Source: Vermamoeba vermiformis
Taxonomy: Eukaryota
Length of the DNA stretch: 64,000 nucleotides
Reading direction: 5' to 3'
NCBI GenBank assembly: GCA_045837725.1
Contig: JBEWZL010000163.1
Span: 62,001-126,000 of the forward strand
Shown piece after piece: positions 11,137 to 25,800 of this stretch. The first letter of the stretch is position 1; every line of letters starts with the position of its first letter. The position numbers were made by a program, and so were the translations under genes. Below the pieces are notes generated by a model. That model ran no database searches. It had not been told where the DNA came from and saw only the letters and a list, made by a program, of their open reading frames with translations.

Positions 11137-13632
11137 ATGGCCGACCACGAACCAATTCCAGAACTTGAAGGAGAAGAAGGAGGCATGGGGATCCTTCAAA
11201 TCGGGTGGATCATCTCTGGCGTTTTTGTTATTGCCTCCTGTATTTTATCTTTCAAAATGATATATGACCATTTGAAGAATTATAACGAGCCGAATTTACA
11301 AAAGTAAGTGTTTGATAGATCCCAACGGCTATTTGGCGGTTTTAGCGAATTGTTTCTTTTTCTCACCTAACCTTCAATATCATCTGTATTATTTTAAAAT
11401 ATTTTAACTATTATTATGGCATCAATATCCGTACTGATTTAATTGACAATTACAGGCACATAGTTAGAATTATATTTATTGTCCCTGTATATGCTATAGA
11501 CTCGTGGCTGACACTCGTATTCGAATCCTGGTACGTGCAAATGCTCAAATAATAAGAATTGTTTCATTTCACGAATACTTCAAGCTCGATCAACCCATCT
11601 CTGCGCGCGAATTTCCTAGCTTGACTGACTTACCCTAATTCACAGGGCACTATGGGTGGATCTTATTCGAGATTGCTACGAAGCCTACGTCATTTATTTA
11701 TTCTTCAGACTGCTCGTAGAATTTTTGTTTGGCGAGGACAACTTGCGCGCAACACTCTACACCAAACCCCTGGCACACCATCCCATACCGATGTGCTGCT
11801 TGACTTATAGTCCTGGTGGTACCTTCTTGCATCGCTGCAAACAGGCCTTGGTCCAATTCATTATCATTCGTCCTGCTGGTGGTAAGCTAATGCTCGATCT
11901 GATCCTCGTCCCGTGTTGCCTCTTTAACATTTTTTCTCGCAGCTGTTGCAGCTTTGATTTTGGATTATTTCGGCCTGTACGGCAACGGTGACTTCTCCCC
12001 TCAATATGGCTACTTGTATTTGACCATTGTTGGTAAGCATTTTTCTTAGTCCAAGTGACCGTTACGAAAAATTAGATTTGACTCATCTGTCGTGTTATAG
12101 ATAACATTTCGTTCACTATCGCGCTGTACTACCTCGTGTTGTTCTACGAAGTGTTGGCTGAGGATTTGAAGCATTACAAGCCCCTGGCTAAGTTCTTGGT
12201 CATCAAATCCGTCATTTTCTTTGCTTTCTGGCAGGGAATCACGATTTCACTGTTAGTCAGCTTCGGTAAGCATTTTATTCGTAGCGATTAGCTGTTGGCA
12301 GCATATTTTGAGTTTTCATTTCTGTGTCATTAGACGACCTCGAATCTAACAGATTTATTTTCAGGTGCTATTCCTCACGGATCAGTTTGGGCCGAACATC
12401 TCCAAGCGTTCCTCATTTGCATTGAAATGCTTGGTATTGGCATTGCCTTCTACTACTCATTCAGTGTCAAGAGATACAAGGGTGAAGGTGCACCTTCGTT
12501 CGCTCCGCCCGTGCCTCGTGCCCAAAAGAGAAGATTTTTCAGCTCAATTGCCAGTGTGGCAAGCATGAAGGACGTGTTCCGCGACACCGTCAACAGCATT
12601 GCCCGTGCACCGCAAGTTTACGTTCATATTGCCGGTGAGTGTTAGTTTGAACGCAAAAAGGCGATTGAATTTTTCCGCTTCCGCAATATCAAGAATGACA
12701 AGGCGGCAATTTTAATAATTCCTGCATCAGAGATTGCGTGCGTGACGGCTTAATTAACTGAATCAACTTAATTTTTAGGTTTCTCGGAGGGATCTATTGA
12801 AGACAAACGAGCGCGAATCGTTCGTGAGGGCTGGCTCCAGAAACGCGACAAGGACGTATTCAAAAAGTGGCATCGTCGTTACTTTATGCTACTGAACAAC
12901 CCCGAGGGTATTGTCTATTACAAGACCAATCCATGGGAAGCTGCGAATCCTGAATCCGCTCTTTCGTTGCAAGTGAAAGGCTTCATCGACTTCCACAACC
13001 GTAAGTACTTAATGCACGTGCGGAGTTATAAACCATATTAATGGCCTTAAACAGTTGTCCATATTTGGAAGACGGAGCCCGGAGAAAGTACTCGCGTCAA
13101 GTTAAAGGGCAACAATACAATGATTTCAATTGAAGTCAGCAGGCCAAAGAAAAAGAAGAATAGAAAGTTCTACCTCCGCGCCGAGACTAGCGATGCTCAC
13201 GAATGGTTCGACAACATCAGAATTGTCTTGAAACAGATGGAAGAAGGTCTTTTGCCCGCTGCCCTGCCGACAGGCACGCATCCAGAGCAACAGCCGCACG
13301 AACCTGATGACGAAGAGATGGTAGAGCTTGATAACTTGGATGAAGAGCATGGACAGGACGCTGCTGCCGATCAAGACGATGTTGACAACGACTCTGATTA
13401 CTCCGACGACGAAGAAGGAGGCTTGGGTCCTCACGATGGCCCGAGACCGGTGTTCTACGAGAATGGTGGAGAGCTTCAAGAGGTCGTCGTAGATACGCCG
13501 CCAGCAGCAAACAAGCCTATAGAGACATCAAGCGACGATGAAGGTGGCTACGACTTCAACAAAACCGTAAAGCGCGAGGACTATGGCGATCTAGAAGACG
13601 TTCCGCTTGATGAGGCACGAACTAAGAAATAA
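11137..13632 (+). CDS. TMEM184 / organic solute transporter alpha family protein fused to a PH domain and acidic tail
   Basis: [65 protein letters not shown] and LICIEM. The PH domain reads VREGWLQKR..KWHRRYFML..FYLRAETSDAHEWF. Confidence 0.9.
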
Positions 13633-13834
13633 ATGGTCAGTATTTTTATTAATAAGGCATGACACAAAACTCAATTTAACGGTAATAATAGAAAATTTCC
13701 CCGGCGCGTAATTTTTCTTTTCTTAAATTGCCAAAAAAGGTTAAATCTCTGCCTTGGAGGTGGTTACATTCCCAGCTGTTTTTTTTTTGAACTTTTGATT
13801 AATCACAAAGTGTGGGGCACAACAAAAGCCTCAA

Positions 13835-16800
13835 ATGAATCGTGTAAATATATTTATTTTTGTAGCATTATTTTCGCTTGTATTTCTAGATGCGTGCTTG
13901 GGAGCAGCCATCCCGAAAGGAAACATCTCTCCAACGAGCATCACCGCAACTCCTAACCAACAATTCACCTTCGCCGTATCATTCGACAACGTCGGTGACG
14001 CAATCGCTTACGGTCCCTTCCTGGATGTTCTTTTCCCGTACGATCCGTCAGTCTCTCCGTTTACAGGAGTGAACGTAAATTCAGCAACTAGCTATCTAGG
14101 CATTAGTATTCAACCTGTTATTATGACTTTCACGGCTCTAACGCCTTGCTTCTACCACCCATACCTTTTGAATACTACAGGTAATTGACGGCAACACCAA
14201 AAAATAAAAGCTAATACATTGCTAATGGCATAATTTAGGTGGCGAAGATACGGTTTGTGGTACCCCGGGCACGAAGCTTTACTCATACAGATTACCCTTC
14301 TTGTCGTACGCATCTTCGCAGCCCACCATTGATCTTTCTCTATCGGCGTCAATTTCTCAAAACTGTAAGTCGTAAGGCGCTAATATAAGCGAATCATTTA
14401 TTTATCACTTCAATCGCTAAATGACTGCGGCAATCGCTAATGTACATTTTCCTCATTTAGCCGCCACTATTTCGGTGCGAGGAGGTTTCACTTACGTTAC
14501 TCCGGACAAGCCCGTAACGCAAGCATCGCTGATTAGCGCATGGAAGAACGCTACAGTATCGGCTTCGGTAGCGAAACCAACACTGACGTTTTCGTCATCG
14601 ACTTTCGGAACCGATCCTTCAACAATTTACAGCTGTTTCTTCAATTTGAACTTCGCAACGGGCACTCTTGTTGTGAATGGCACCGCTGTTATATGTAAGG
14701 AGTTATTTACAATTTTGGAAAAAATCACGGAAGTAACGATCCGCTCTTTCTAGGGTTGCCTTGCGGTGTGCACTTTATTGGATTTGATGCTGCTAGCACG
14801 GGAAAAAATGTAAGAATATTCTAGTGCCATTGCTTCACTTTCTGACATCTTTTAGCTTGCTTACAATAACGGCGCTTTCCAACCAGAAACCGGATTCAAG
14901 GATCAAGTGACCGTTGATTTGAATGACAACCCTAATACTACCGTGCAATTGAACAACGTCTACGTGGCGTTTCAATTTTACTTCTCTTACGATGAAGTAG
15001 TGCAATGCTATGGTGGCGGCGTTGGAGGTAGACCAATAGTCATTCCTTGGAGCGTGGGCATTCCTTATTATATTTACGATCCTACATGCAATTGCATTAA
15101 GGTAAGATAAGAAATAGTTATCTGGGAACAACAAATTTGTTATTTCCAAATTTGGAAAAATCATGCATTTACCCTTCTTTTGCAGTACTACAACCCTGGC
15201 ACTTCTGTTACGACCTCTGTGTCTCGGTTTACGATCGATCGAACTATGGTGGATCCAGCGACCCCCAGCAGTAAGTTTGGTTGGGTAAAATTCTAGCTTA
15301 ATTAATTCGTGCACAACAGCAATCAAACCTGGAGACACTTTGCAGAACAGAGCCAACGTTAGCTTTTATTTGGCAGAGTCACACACTTGCATTGACTCCC
15401 TAACGTGGGCTGAAAATGGCTTGGTTGATGTTCCAGTCAGTGGTAGCGCATCCGTTAAAGTAGATGCAACCACTTTGACCTTCACCCCTGCCACGAATGG
15501 AAATGGCGATTTTACCTATGATATCAGTAACGGATTGGGGCAAAGTCCGTTGACTCCGCCCTATTTTTTCGAGGCTCGGTATCAAACAACAATTGAGGCA
15601 AACGCAGATCGAACTCACGGATCGACCGTCAGCGCTGTAACTGAGTAAGCAATCTATAAGTGGTATCAAAAGTTACTAACGAGGGTAGTTTCTACTTTAA
15701 CGAAGTCAATTGCACGACTGGAGAGGTTGTTAAGCCCATCCACTTGACCGCTTCAAATTCCTTGCGCATCACTTCTGGAACATTAACGATGACGCAGTAC
15801 GCCAAGGATGGAGCTTGTAAGTAACGTCTCAACCAGAACTCCTTTTCTAACGTAGCCAGTGTGCAACCCCTGCTCCACGACTATCAGCCCAACGACTTTG
15901 GTAACCGTGTCCGTCAAGTACACGTTGCCAATCTCAACCTTCAAGAATTTGAAGTTGGATATCTACATGCCTTATCCACCTCTGCCAGTCTCCACAATGA
16001 CTTTCGAGTACGTAACAGTACTTAATCCGAACGGCCTTATTAACAAGTTAAAACAGCGATGTTATCGATGCTAATCCGCCTGCTTTGTATCACTGCAAGT
16101 TTGGTTCGGGAGAGACTTTGAGATCTACGTATGGAGTCGTCCCTACTGTGTCCTCGGATGCATCGAACAACCGCGTAACCCTAACTTACCCTGACTACTA
16201 CGACTCATCGTCCGCAAGCACCACGACTCAAATTCTTTGCACGTTCCAAACCGCGGACACAGACTTCCCTGATGAGCTTCCTGTTGCCGCTCAAATGGCT
16301 AGCTTCGAGCAGAATGTTGGCACATCCACTACTTACACTACTTACGTTTTGTCGCGGCCTGGTAAGCTTGTTGAGATTTATTTTGCAACAAAGTACTGAT
16401 AATAGTACAGTAATCGGAAGTGCCAACATATATAAGGGCTTTATCGCCTCCAATAACCCCCTTGCTTCGATGACGACAGGCTCGATCTCTTTTCGAGCCC
16501 CCGGTACATCGGGTAATAGATGGAACGCAGCTACCACACCTATTACTTCGACGTACTTCTCGAGCAATCAAGCTAGCTTGACATCAAGCGTCTCGCAAGT
16601 TGACGCCAATGATCTGGTCACGGTCATCATAGTCATTAACAATCAAGGCTCTTCACCTGCTTATGACGTAAAAGTGTCCGACGTTGTTCCCTCTGGCCTC
16701 GTTCAACCCAGCGGAGGCTACAACATGCGCGTCACAAATGGTGCTGGCACAGCGCTCACAACTAGCGGAAATTTGTTTTCTGGTGGCTTGACCATCACTC

Positions 16801-19800
16801 GTGGTACCAGTCCACCAATGCAAAGCAAGGCTAGCACAACAGGAGATAATATCATTGTCATCACCTACGACCTGCAGATTAACTCAATCTCCCCTGGCTA
16901 CACAATTACCGTCGACTCTGTAACACTCCTTGGCTACGCGGCTTATGTGGGTGGAACACAATACGCTAGTAACATCAAGTCTGGCACGATCACGATCGAT
17001 GGTGCCGTTCCATCCATTCAAACGCCCGTCCTAGTGTCAAGCGTAAGATCAACAACTTTTTAGTTCTAAGCTGATACTGATCTCATTTTTAGTCACTCAC
17101 GGAGACTGGCTCCAGCAGATACTCAAGCTCATATACTGACTTTGCACTGGGGGAGTCGTTCATATTGTCCGTGACAATGAAATTCCCCGAGGGAACTACG
17201 AAGTCTACTTACTTTGAGTTCGCTTTTCCTACAGTTGCCACGGGTGTTATTCAGTACGCTAACTCGACCATTAGCTACGGTGGTAACGTCTCTCCTGCTA
17301 CATCGACCGTATCAAGCGACAGTTCTACTGTTAGAATTACCTTTGGTGATGTGACCAACGTTGCCGGTATGTGTAACAAGTAGCGCTTTGAATGTGGATA
17401 CTAATTTTGTAATAGATGACACTGTTTCTGCCGACGACGAAATCACAATCCTCATTGCAGGCATTGTTGCTGGCACTGGCAATGCTCAATCGAGCACTGT
17501 TCGCACTAGCACTGGATTGTTGCAATATGGCATTCAGAACTCCGCTGTCCAAAATCTGACCACTACTTTTGGCTGCGAGCTTGTTGAACCTGCCCTGACC
17601 ATCTCACGCACGTGGTCCATGACCAGTTCATCCAATGCCGATGACACCATTACGATGACGATTGTTGTGCAGCACAACTCTGGAACAACTAACTCTGCTG
17701 CCTTCAAGTTGAACATCACTGACGCACTCGGATCTTACCTTGTCAGTAACTCCGATGCCACGGCTACGATGGGCACCATTGTGCAGCAAGATCCCTTACA
17801 AGTTTCAATCCCCATCTTCACCATCGGCAGCACTACGACCATCACTTACACTGCCAAGTTAGTGTCCAACTTGGAGCTCAATCAACAAGTTGTCAGCACT
17901 GCCTCGCTTGCCTACTACAGTGTTCCTGAAGCCTCTTTGGCGAAGAGTTACAGCGCGTCTTCCGCGACCACGCAGAACTCGGCAAAGGCAAGCATTGCGA
18001 CTGTCTTAATCGGCACTAGTCTTGCAGAGACCACCAAGAGCAAATATTCCACTTCGATCGATGACTTGGCAATTGGCGAAACGGCGACCATTCAAAGTAC
18101 TGTTACACTTCCCGAAGGCAAAATCTCGAGCGCTGTTCTTACGTTCAAAACGCCACAAGTGACTGACGGCGTCATGGAAATCGTCTCTGCTCGTATCTAC
18201 TCAGTTGGTACCAGTATTTCTGGCTCTCCTACGCCAGCCGTCAATGAAGCAGCAACAATCACGCAAGGAACTGCATCCGTTCCTGCCACTGCCACTTGGA
18301 ATTTGGGCAATTTGGTCAATACTCCCGATAACGTTGCTGATGCAAACGACAAAATCGTCATCGAAGTCGTTGTAAAGCCGACCGTTGGCAAAGCTCTCCA
18401 AAGCAGCACTGCTCGCTCGTTAACAGCAGCCCTCGCTTCTTCATTGACAACTACTACGGTCACCGCCATTCAGTTTGAAATTGTTGAACCAGTGAAGACT
18501 CTTGCTAGAACTACTACAATGACAACTTCGAGCGATGGTCACGATCTTATCAACATCACGCTTACAGTCGGTTCTGGCTCTTCTGACAACGCAGCCGCCT
18601 ATCAAACCGTTGTTACGGACGATGCAAGCTCTTCGATGACACTAGTCGTGGGTTCTGTCACAGTGACAGGCACTGCTTCGTACACCGTTCAATCAGGCAA
18701 TACTGCTGGTGATACATCACTTTCAGTGCTCATTCCTAAGATTCTTTCTGGTGCATCGAATATCGTGATCACTTACCAAGCACGAATTGTCGACAACATT
18801 CAAGCAGCCACTTCTGTCGTTGGTACTGGCTCGATGATCTACTATTCCGACACTGACACAAGTGCAACAAACGCCAAGTCGTACACACAAACAGCTTCCA
18901 ACACTGTCGTGTCCAAGACTCCTGCCATTTCAATTGTCGTCGCTAGCACGTCGCTCTCCGAGACGGGTGCAGATCCTGGCAATTCTGCCATACAGACTTT
19001 GGCTATCGGTGAAACTATTGCCTACACGATCACTTTGACGCTACAAGAAGGTTCATTGAGCAGCACTCAAGTCACTTTCACCGCTACTCAAGTCGCTACC
19101 GGAACTCTCGAAGTCCTTGCTGCCAACGTTTCCTTCGTTGGTTCTTCCATCACCGGAAACCCTCCAACTGTTGGACAGACTGCCACTGTCTCTACTGGTG
19201 GCTTGGGAACGAGCTCTATCGCCAAATTCATCTTGGGCAACGTATACAACGACCCTGATGACACGCAGAATGCTCAAGACACGATCCAGTTCACTGTTGT
19301 TTGTCGTCCGTACCTCGGTTTGGCAAGTCAGACTGGAAATGCCCTCACGAACACAGCTGCCCTCGCCTATGGTAGCTCTGGTTCTGCTTCAGCCTCGAGC
19401 CAAGTGAAGATCTACGACGCTGTTCCTCTTCTTATTTCCAGGACCTCGAACATCGCAACGAGTGTTGATGGAGGAGATGTCATTTCAGTCACGCTGACTA
19501 TTCAGCCCGATACTACTTCAGGAAATCTTGGTCCTGCGTATTCAGCTGTAGTCAACGACTTGTTGGCTCCTGATATGAGCGTGGTCATCGCCTCAGCTGT
19601 CTCTAACAAGACTAGCGCCGTGATTACTACCGGTCCCACATCAAAGGATTTGCAAGCTTCTATCCCTGTCATCCAAAAGACCGATCCTGCTGTCCGCATT
19701 ACTTACAACGTTACGGTGAACTCGCAAATCGAGGCAAGCTCGGTCTCTATGCAAGCAAAAGTGCAGTCCTACACGAGCCCTGATATTATAAACTCGAAGA

Positions 19801-22800
19801 CCTACACTGTTCAGACATCTGCTGTCTCTGCAACAGTGCCAGCAATCGCAACCACCCTGGCATTGGTATCAACCTCCTTGGCTGAAAGTGGCGCAGACTC
19901 CAGCAATGCTTTGATTGAGAACTTGTTCCTTGGAGAAGTTGCCCTCTTGCACCTGACAGTTCAATTCCCCGAGGGTAACACATCGAACGCCGCCCTCAAT
20001 TTCACGGTTCCGCAATCAGCGAAGAACGTCATGGAAATCGTCTCCTCGAAGGTGACAGCCATTGGAGCCAACTTATTCTCCAGCGTTCCCATCGCTGTGA
20101 ACCAAGCTGGCACTGATACTGTTGGCGCTCTTGGAGTTGTGTCATTCACTCAATTCAACTTTGGCACTATCTACAACGCCCCTGATAACACCGTATCAAG
20201 TGCGGACAAGATTACTATCGAATTCCGTGTTAGATTTGCCAGTGGCCAAAGCAATGAGCCCACTGGTACTGCAGTGTCGGTTTCAATGTTCACTGCTTCA
20301 CTTCGTGCCACGACTCCGAATAGCTACCAGTTTAAGCTCGTAGATACCACTCAGTTGTCGCTCATCAAAGCGATTCCCTTGGCAAACATTATCGATGCAG
20401 GCGACATAATCACAGCAAATATCACCGTTACACCGGCCAGCTCAGCAGCAACTGCAGCTTACAACATCGTGGTTACGGATGAACTTGGTCCTTACGTCAC
20501 TGTCCTCACGAACACCATAACCAAGTCAGACGCCAATGCCGTCGTGACAGTCAGCGGTACATCCGTAGTTATTCAACTTGGTGTGCTATCTGGTACCAAC
20601 AGTTTGATCGTCACGTATCAAGTCCAAGCAATTGCACAGCTTGAAGTGCTGACAACGATGACTTCCGAGGCCAACATGACGTATTACTCCAACTCGGATA
20701 TTCAGAATGCCAAGGTCTATCAAGTGACGAGCCCCAGCTTTTCTTCAACCAGTTCTCGCGGCTCTGTTAGCAGCTCTATCACAGCAACATCGCACAATGA
20801 AACAACCAAGGCCCAGTACGACACCAACGTTGAAGATATGATTCTTGGAGAAACTGCCACAGTGACATATGTAGTCACTTTCGCTGAGGGTAGAACAACC
20901 GGAAGTTCATTATCCGTTGTTTCTTCTGAAGCTGCTGGCCGTGTCGTAGAAATTGTCTCCATGTCAGTTCTCAGCGTGGGCTCAAAGCTTTCATCTTCCG
21001 TGTAAGTCTGTATTACGATATAATTACATTTCATTTTTTCTAACATTATTTTTGTAGCAATCTCCTGACAACCACTGCGGCTTTGTCTGAAGGAACAGTG
21101 GCGGGAGTCAACACTCGTGCTTCAATGAACTTGGGCGATATTCTCAACACAGCTGACAACACTAACAACGCTAACGATCAAATGCGTGTTACTGTTGTAC
21201 TCCGATTCTGGCATTCAGCCTCTACCACGCAGACTGGCACTGACGCCTTGACCACGATCACATTCAGTGCCGATGCTTACATCGACAACACTACTACAGC
21301 TTTGGAGTTGCTTCTCACCAAGCCATTGATGTTCACCAAAACAGCAATTGGTGTGCAAGACGGACTTGACGAAGGGGATAAGATCAACGTTACGATTGTC
21401 ATTTCTCGTGACAGTAACAGTGCTAACCTTGGACCTGCTTACAAGATCTCAATCACCGATGACTTGTCTTCTCAATTAGTGGTAGTTCCTGGCAGCTTCG
21501 TAACGTCCAACGCCAACGTGGTCAAGACTGAGACTTCCTCAACCACCAACACAGTCAGGTTTGATCTTCCAGTATTGCTCATCACGGACAGTGACGTTGT
21601 GATCACTTACTTCGTCACTCCTATTGTTGGCATTCGCCCCAACACTTACGTGTCTAGCACGGCATCGTACTACTATCAAGCTAGCAACATCAACGACGCA
21701 ACCTCGCCCTCATGGAGCTCTCAATCCTCAACTTACGAGTTCACTTCTGCACTAATTTCGGCTCGTACTACAACTAGCGCGTTAGTTACTGGAGCTGCTA
21801 CGTACAGAGATCCCGAGTACATCACGCTGTCGGTTGGTCAAGTAGGTGTCATCAAAGCAATTTTTGGAATGCCCGAGGGAAATACTACGACTGTTGTGCT
21901 CACTGTTGAGAGTCCGACTGGTCCGGACACTTTGATGGAGATCACCAGTGCCAAGGTTTATTCAAGCGGTTCGAAGCTTAGCTCCGATGTTACGTAAGTG
22001 CAATTTTATGGAATCAACCAGGACTAACAGATTTTAAGTATTACGAACGTTGTTCCTGCAATAACGAACACTTCAATGCCGTATGAATCTAAGGCTGTCT
22101 TTACCTTGAGCTACATTTACAACCAAGCCGACAACATCAAGAACACTAACGACGAATGGGTCGTTGAGCTGAACGTCATATTCCCACTGGAGATTACGTC
22201 CAGCAACATTCAACCTTGCATCACAACCTTCAGTCTGACTTCGGACACTTACAACGTCTCCACTCAAGCTGCATTCCTTCCTGCACCAACATCTGATTTG
22301 TTGTTGGCTCGCTCAAGTTCAATGAAAGACAACATGGATGCTGGTGACTTATTCTCAGCTACATTGACAGTGTTTACCGCGAGTGCTAACGGTAGTGACA
22401 CCTTCAACGTCAATGTCAGGGATGTCCTCTCTGGCTTGGATTACGAGGCGCTATCTGCTCAATTCAGTGAAGAAACAGCTTTCTTGATTGCTGACCCTGC
22501 CGACTTCGTCTCAGAGTTGCCATTCCGCGAGTTCAACAGCTCCGACTACGTGATTCAATACAAGCTTCGAGTCGGTTCTGAAATAGAAGCAAATGCTCAA
22601 ATTTCGGCATTCGCAGAGTTGCACTATCAATCTGGCAACATTGGAGCCTTGGCTAAGAATGTCTCGCTTTCCACGAGAGTATTCACAGCAACTACGGCAA
22701 GTCCTACATACGACTTCCAAGTCTCAACTATGCTCCCCGAGACCACTGAGGTTGCAGGAGTACACCAAGTCACTTTTGGTGAAACAGCTACAGCCACTTT

Positions 22801-25800
22801 TACGATCACATTCACGGAAGGTCGTACTTCAGGCAGCCAGATTTCAGTCTTCGCTAGCCAAATTACTAGTGCTGTGGTCGAGATCCTGTCTCTAACGGTC
22901 ACTCACGTTGGTTCCAAGATCTCGTCCTCAGAGTAAGTACATCGGGATAAATAGGCCTCTTTTGCTAATTATTCGCTTAGGTACCTTTCTACGGTTAAAG
23001 CGGTATTGATCAAGAGCACTAATGGTGTGAATGCCAATGCTACTCTATACCTCGGAGACATTCTGAACACTTACGACAACGTGGTTGATGACAAGGACCG
23101 AGTTACCGTTGAAGCCGTGTTCAGATTTGTGCCCGATGTGAATGAAACTATTGGAGTGACCGCCACGAACTCGATTCAGTTTGACTCACAGACTATCCAC
23201 CATGAAGAGCAATTCTCTATGGTTCTCGTTGATTCTCACTTGACCATCACTGAAGACACGTCAGCTCAAAACGTAGCAGCAGGAGACATCATTTACTTCA
23301 CGATCATCGTGTCTCCTATCGCAGGCAGTACCGGTCCCCTCTACGACATCCAAATTTCCGAAGATTTGCCTGAGCAGCTCAACTTGGCGAGCGCTTCCGA
23401 CTCAGTGGCCACGAATCAAGGCAATGTCGTATCTAGCTTGCGAACTGACAAGTTCACTGTTGTCGTTCCTATCTGGACCCCAGCTGACGGTGATATTGTG
23501 GTCTATGCTGCATGCACTGTCTCGAAGCCTTCAGTCACCGGTAGCAACTTCAATAGCAACGGTGCCACGTTGAGCTACAGGACAGCCCCTTCAGCCAAAA
23601 CTGATAGCTACATTGAACGCGCCGATCAAGCCAGTGCCCTCAACTTCTACACGGCTCCCAGCACTTTCGTGCTTAAAGAGGCAGATCCAAACAGCCGTCA
23701 AGTTGGCTCCATCTTCCTTTTAGAGATTGGTCAGGTGTTCTTGATGCAAGCCGAAATCGTTTTTGCTCGTGGTGTATCTAGCAACACGACACTCGCTTTG
23801 GCCTTGCCTAATGACTTGGCGGGTGCTCTTCAGCCCATTGAAAGCATGATCAACTTCACCGGTGTTGCCGTTGACCAGATCGACTTCAACTACGAGCTCA
23901 GTGACTCCAACAACGATGGCATCAAAGATCTATTCACTGTCCATTTGGGCGATGTGCTGATCGTTGGTAACAACGAGACTCAACCTGTTGACAGCTTGGT
24001 AGTCATCACGTTCGTCACCATCACGAACCGCGTCTCTCGAGACACTGGTGACGTGCTCGCAGCTACTTTGGGCATTACTTTCTCTGGCTCAGCTCCCTCC
24101 ACTGATTCGCTCTCCCTGCAAATCGTTGAGCCAGTGGCCACTAGCAGCACTGTAATCACACAAATCAGCCAACTCTTCGAGATTGACGACACGTTCACTA
24201 CTGTTGTGACCTTGCAACACGAGCTGACGTCTCATTCTCCTTTGTATGAGATCGTCATTCAACTCGCTGGCAATACATCCGCTTATCACATTCTCAATGG
24301 CACAGTAACCACGTCCATCGGTAGGTCATGACTCAATTGTATTATGCTTGCTAACTATGTTATTAGATTCTATCGTCACCGTTGATGCCGACACCCAAAC
24401 AATCTACATTATGAAATATGATGTGGAATCAAACGCAGACTTGGTAGTTACATTCGACTGCGTCTTTGTCGAAGCTACCGTTGGTTCACCAATGGAAACT
24501 GGTGTAATTGTCACGGGCAAGAGTTCTGCACCTCACAGCGATTACTCTGAATTCGACGAGGCAATTGTCTACACCATCGAAGAGAGCTACAGATCACTTG
24601 ACATCAAGCGCCCTGACGTCACGATCTTCGTCTTTGATCCTAAGACTGGTGAACGTCTTGAGAAGCTTGAACTGCCCGTGTCAGGTGAAGGCTACGTTAA
24701 GGCTCTCATCCACGTGCCCAAGAGCTTGGTTCCTACGCTCTCAATTTACTTCGAGTTGGATGAAAAGTTGGCTTTGAAGGACGGCGAACTGGTCACTATT
24801 CAAAGCAACACCACGCTGTACATTGGTGGTTCTGCAACGACACCTCTTGAGCAAATACTCGAGGCCGGTCTTAACGTGGAAAACAACGGCACCAAATTCA
24901 GCATTGCTTTCAACGGCTCAATTGACGTCCCTGAACATCAAGCCTACATTGAAGTCTCGTTCCCTGTCGTGAGACTTAACACCAACAGCAGCGGTAATTC
25001 TTCCACTTCAGCTTGGTAAGTAGATTTATTGACATGATGGAGCACCTAGCTGACGACTATTAGGATTGAATTCCCCGGAACTAACAACACTACGAACAAC
25101 GGGACTCGCACTATTATTCCAGGCGACGTTATCAAGTCGATCGAGCCTGAGTTGACGGTGATTGTCACTAAAGTCGATCCAGTTGAAATTGAAAAGTCTG
25201 GCGAGAACGCAACGATCAACTTGCTCATTTTGCACACTACTAGAAGCACGTACACTGCCTTCTTGGTGAACTTCAAGTTGACATTGCCCGACATTTACGA
25301 CTTTGTTCCTGACACTGTATTTGCTCGTGTTGATAACGAAACGCTTGATAGTAAGTGAATTTATTCGCTATGTTGCTCTTACTAACAAATTTTATTCAGT
25401 CTACGTGAATGGAAGTGATTTGATCGTCAAACGCGACCATTTGAACTTGAACGAGCGCATTGCCATCGAGTTCGTCGCGATTGGCTACAACCCCGAGTTC
25501 TCTTCAACGAGTTCATTGAGCAACATCTACTGCTCGTACACCACGACAGCTGACACGACCACGCAGTTCTCGGTCTACAACCAGTTGTCCGTCTACAGAA
25601 AGATCGAGATTGGTATGCATAGTTTATCCCCCCTTGACGCAGCAACACTTTATCTAACGCTTTCAATAGCCCCTGATGTTGCTGTCTTGGGTCCCTTGTC
25701 GTACTTCCCCACTGACGATATTGCGCTGTCCCCGGTCGAATCAGTCGGAGCCTCGTACAACTTGCCACTGCTGTCAACCTCAAACGACAACTCCTCGTTC

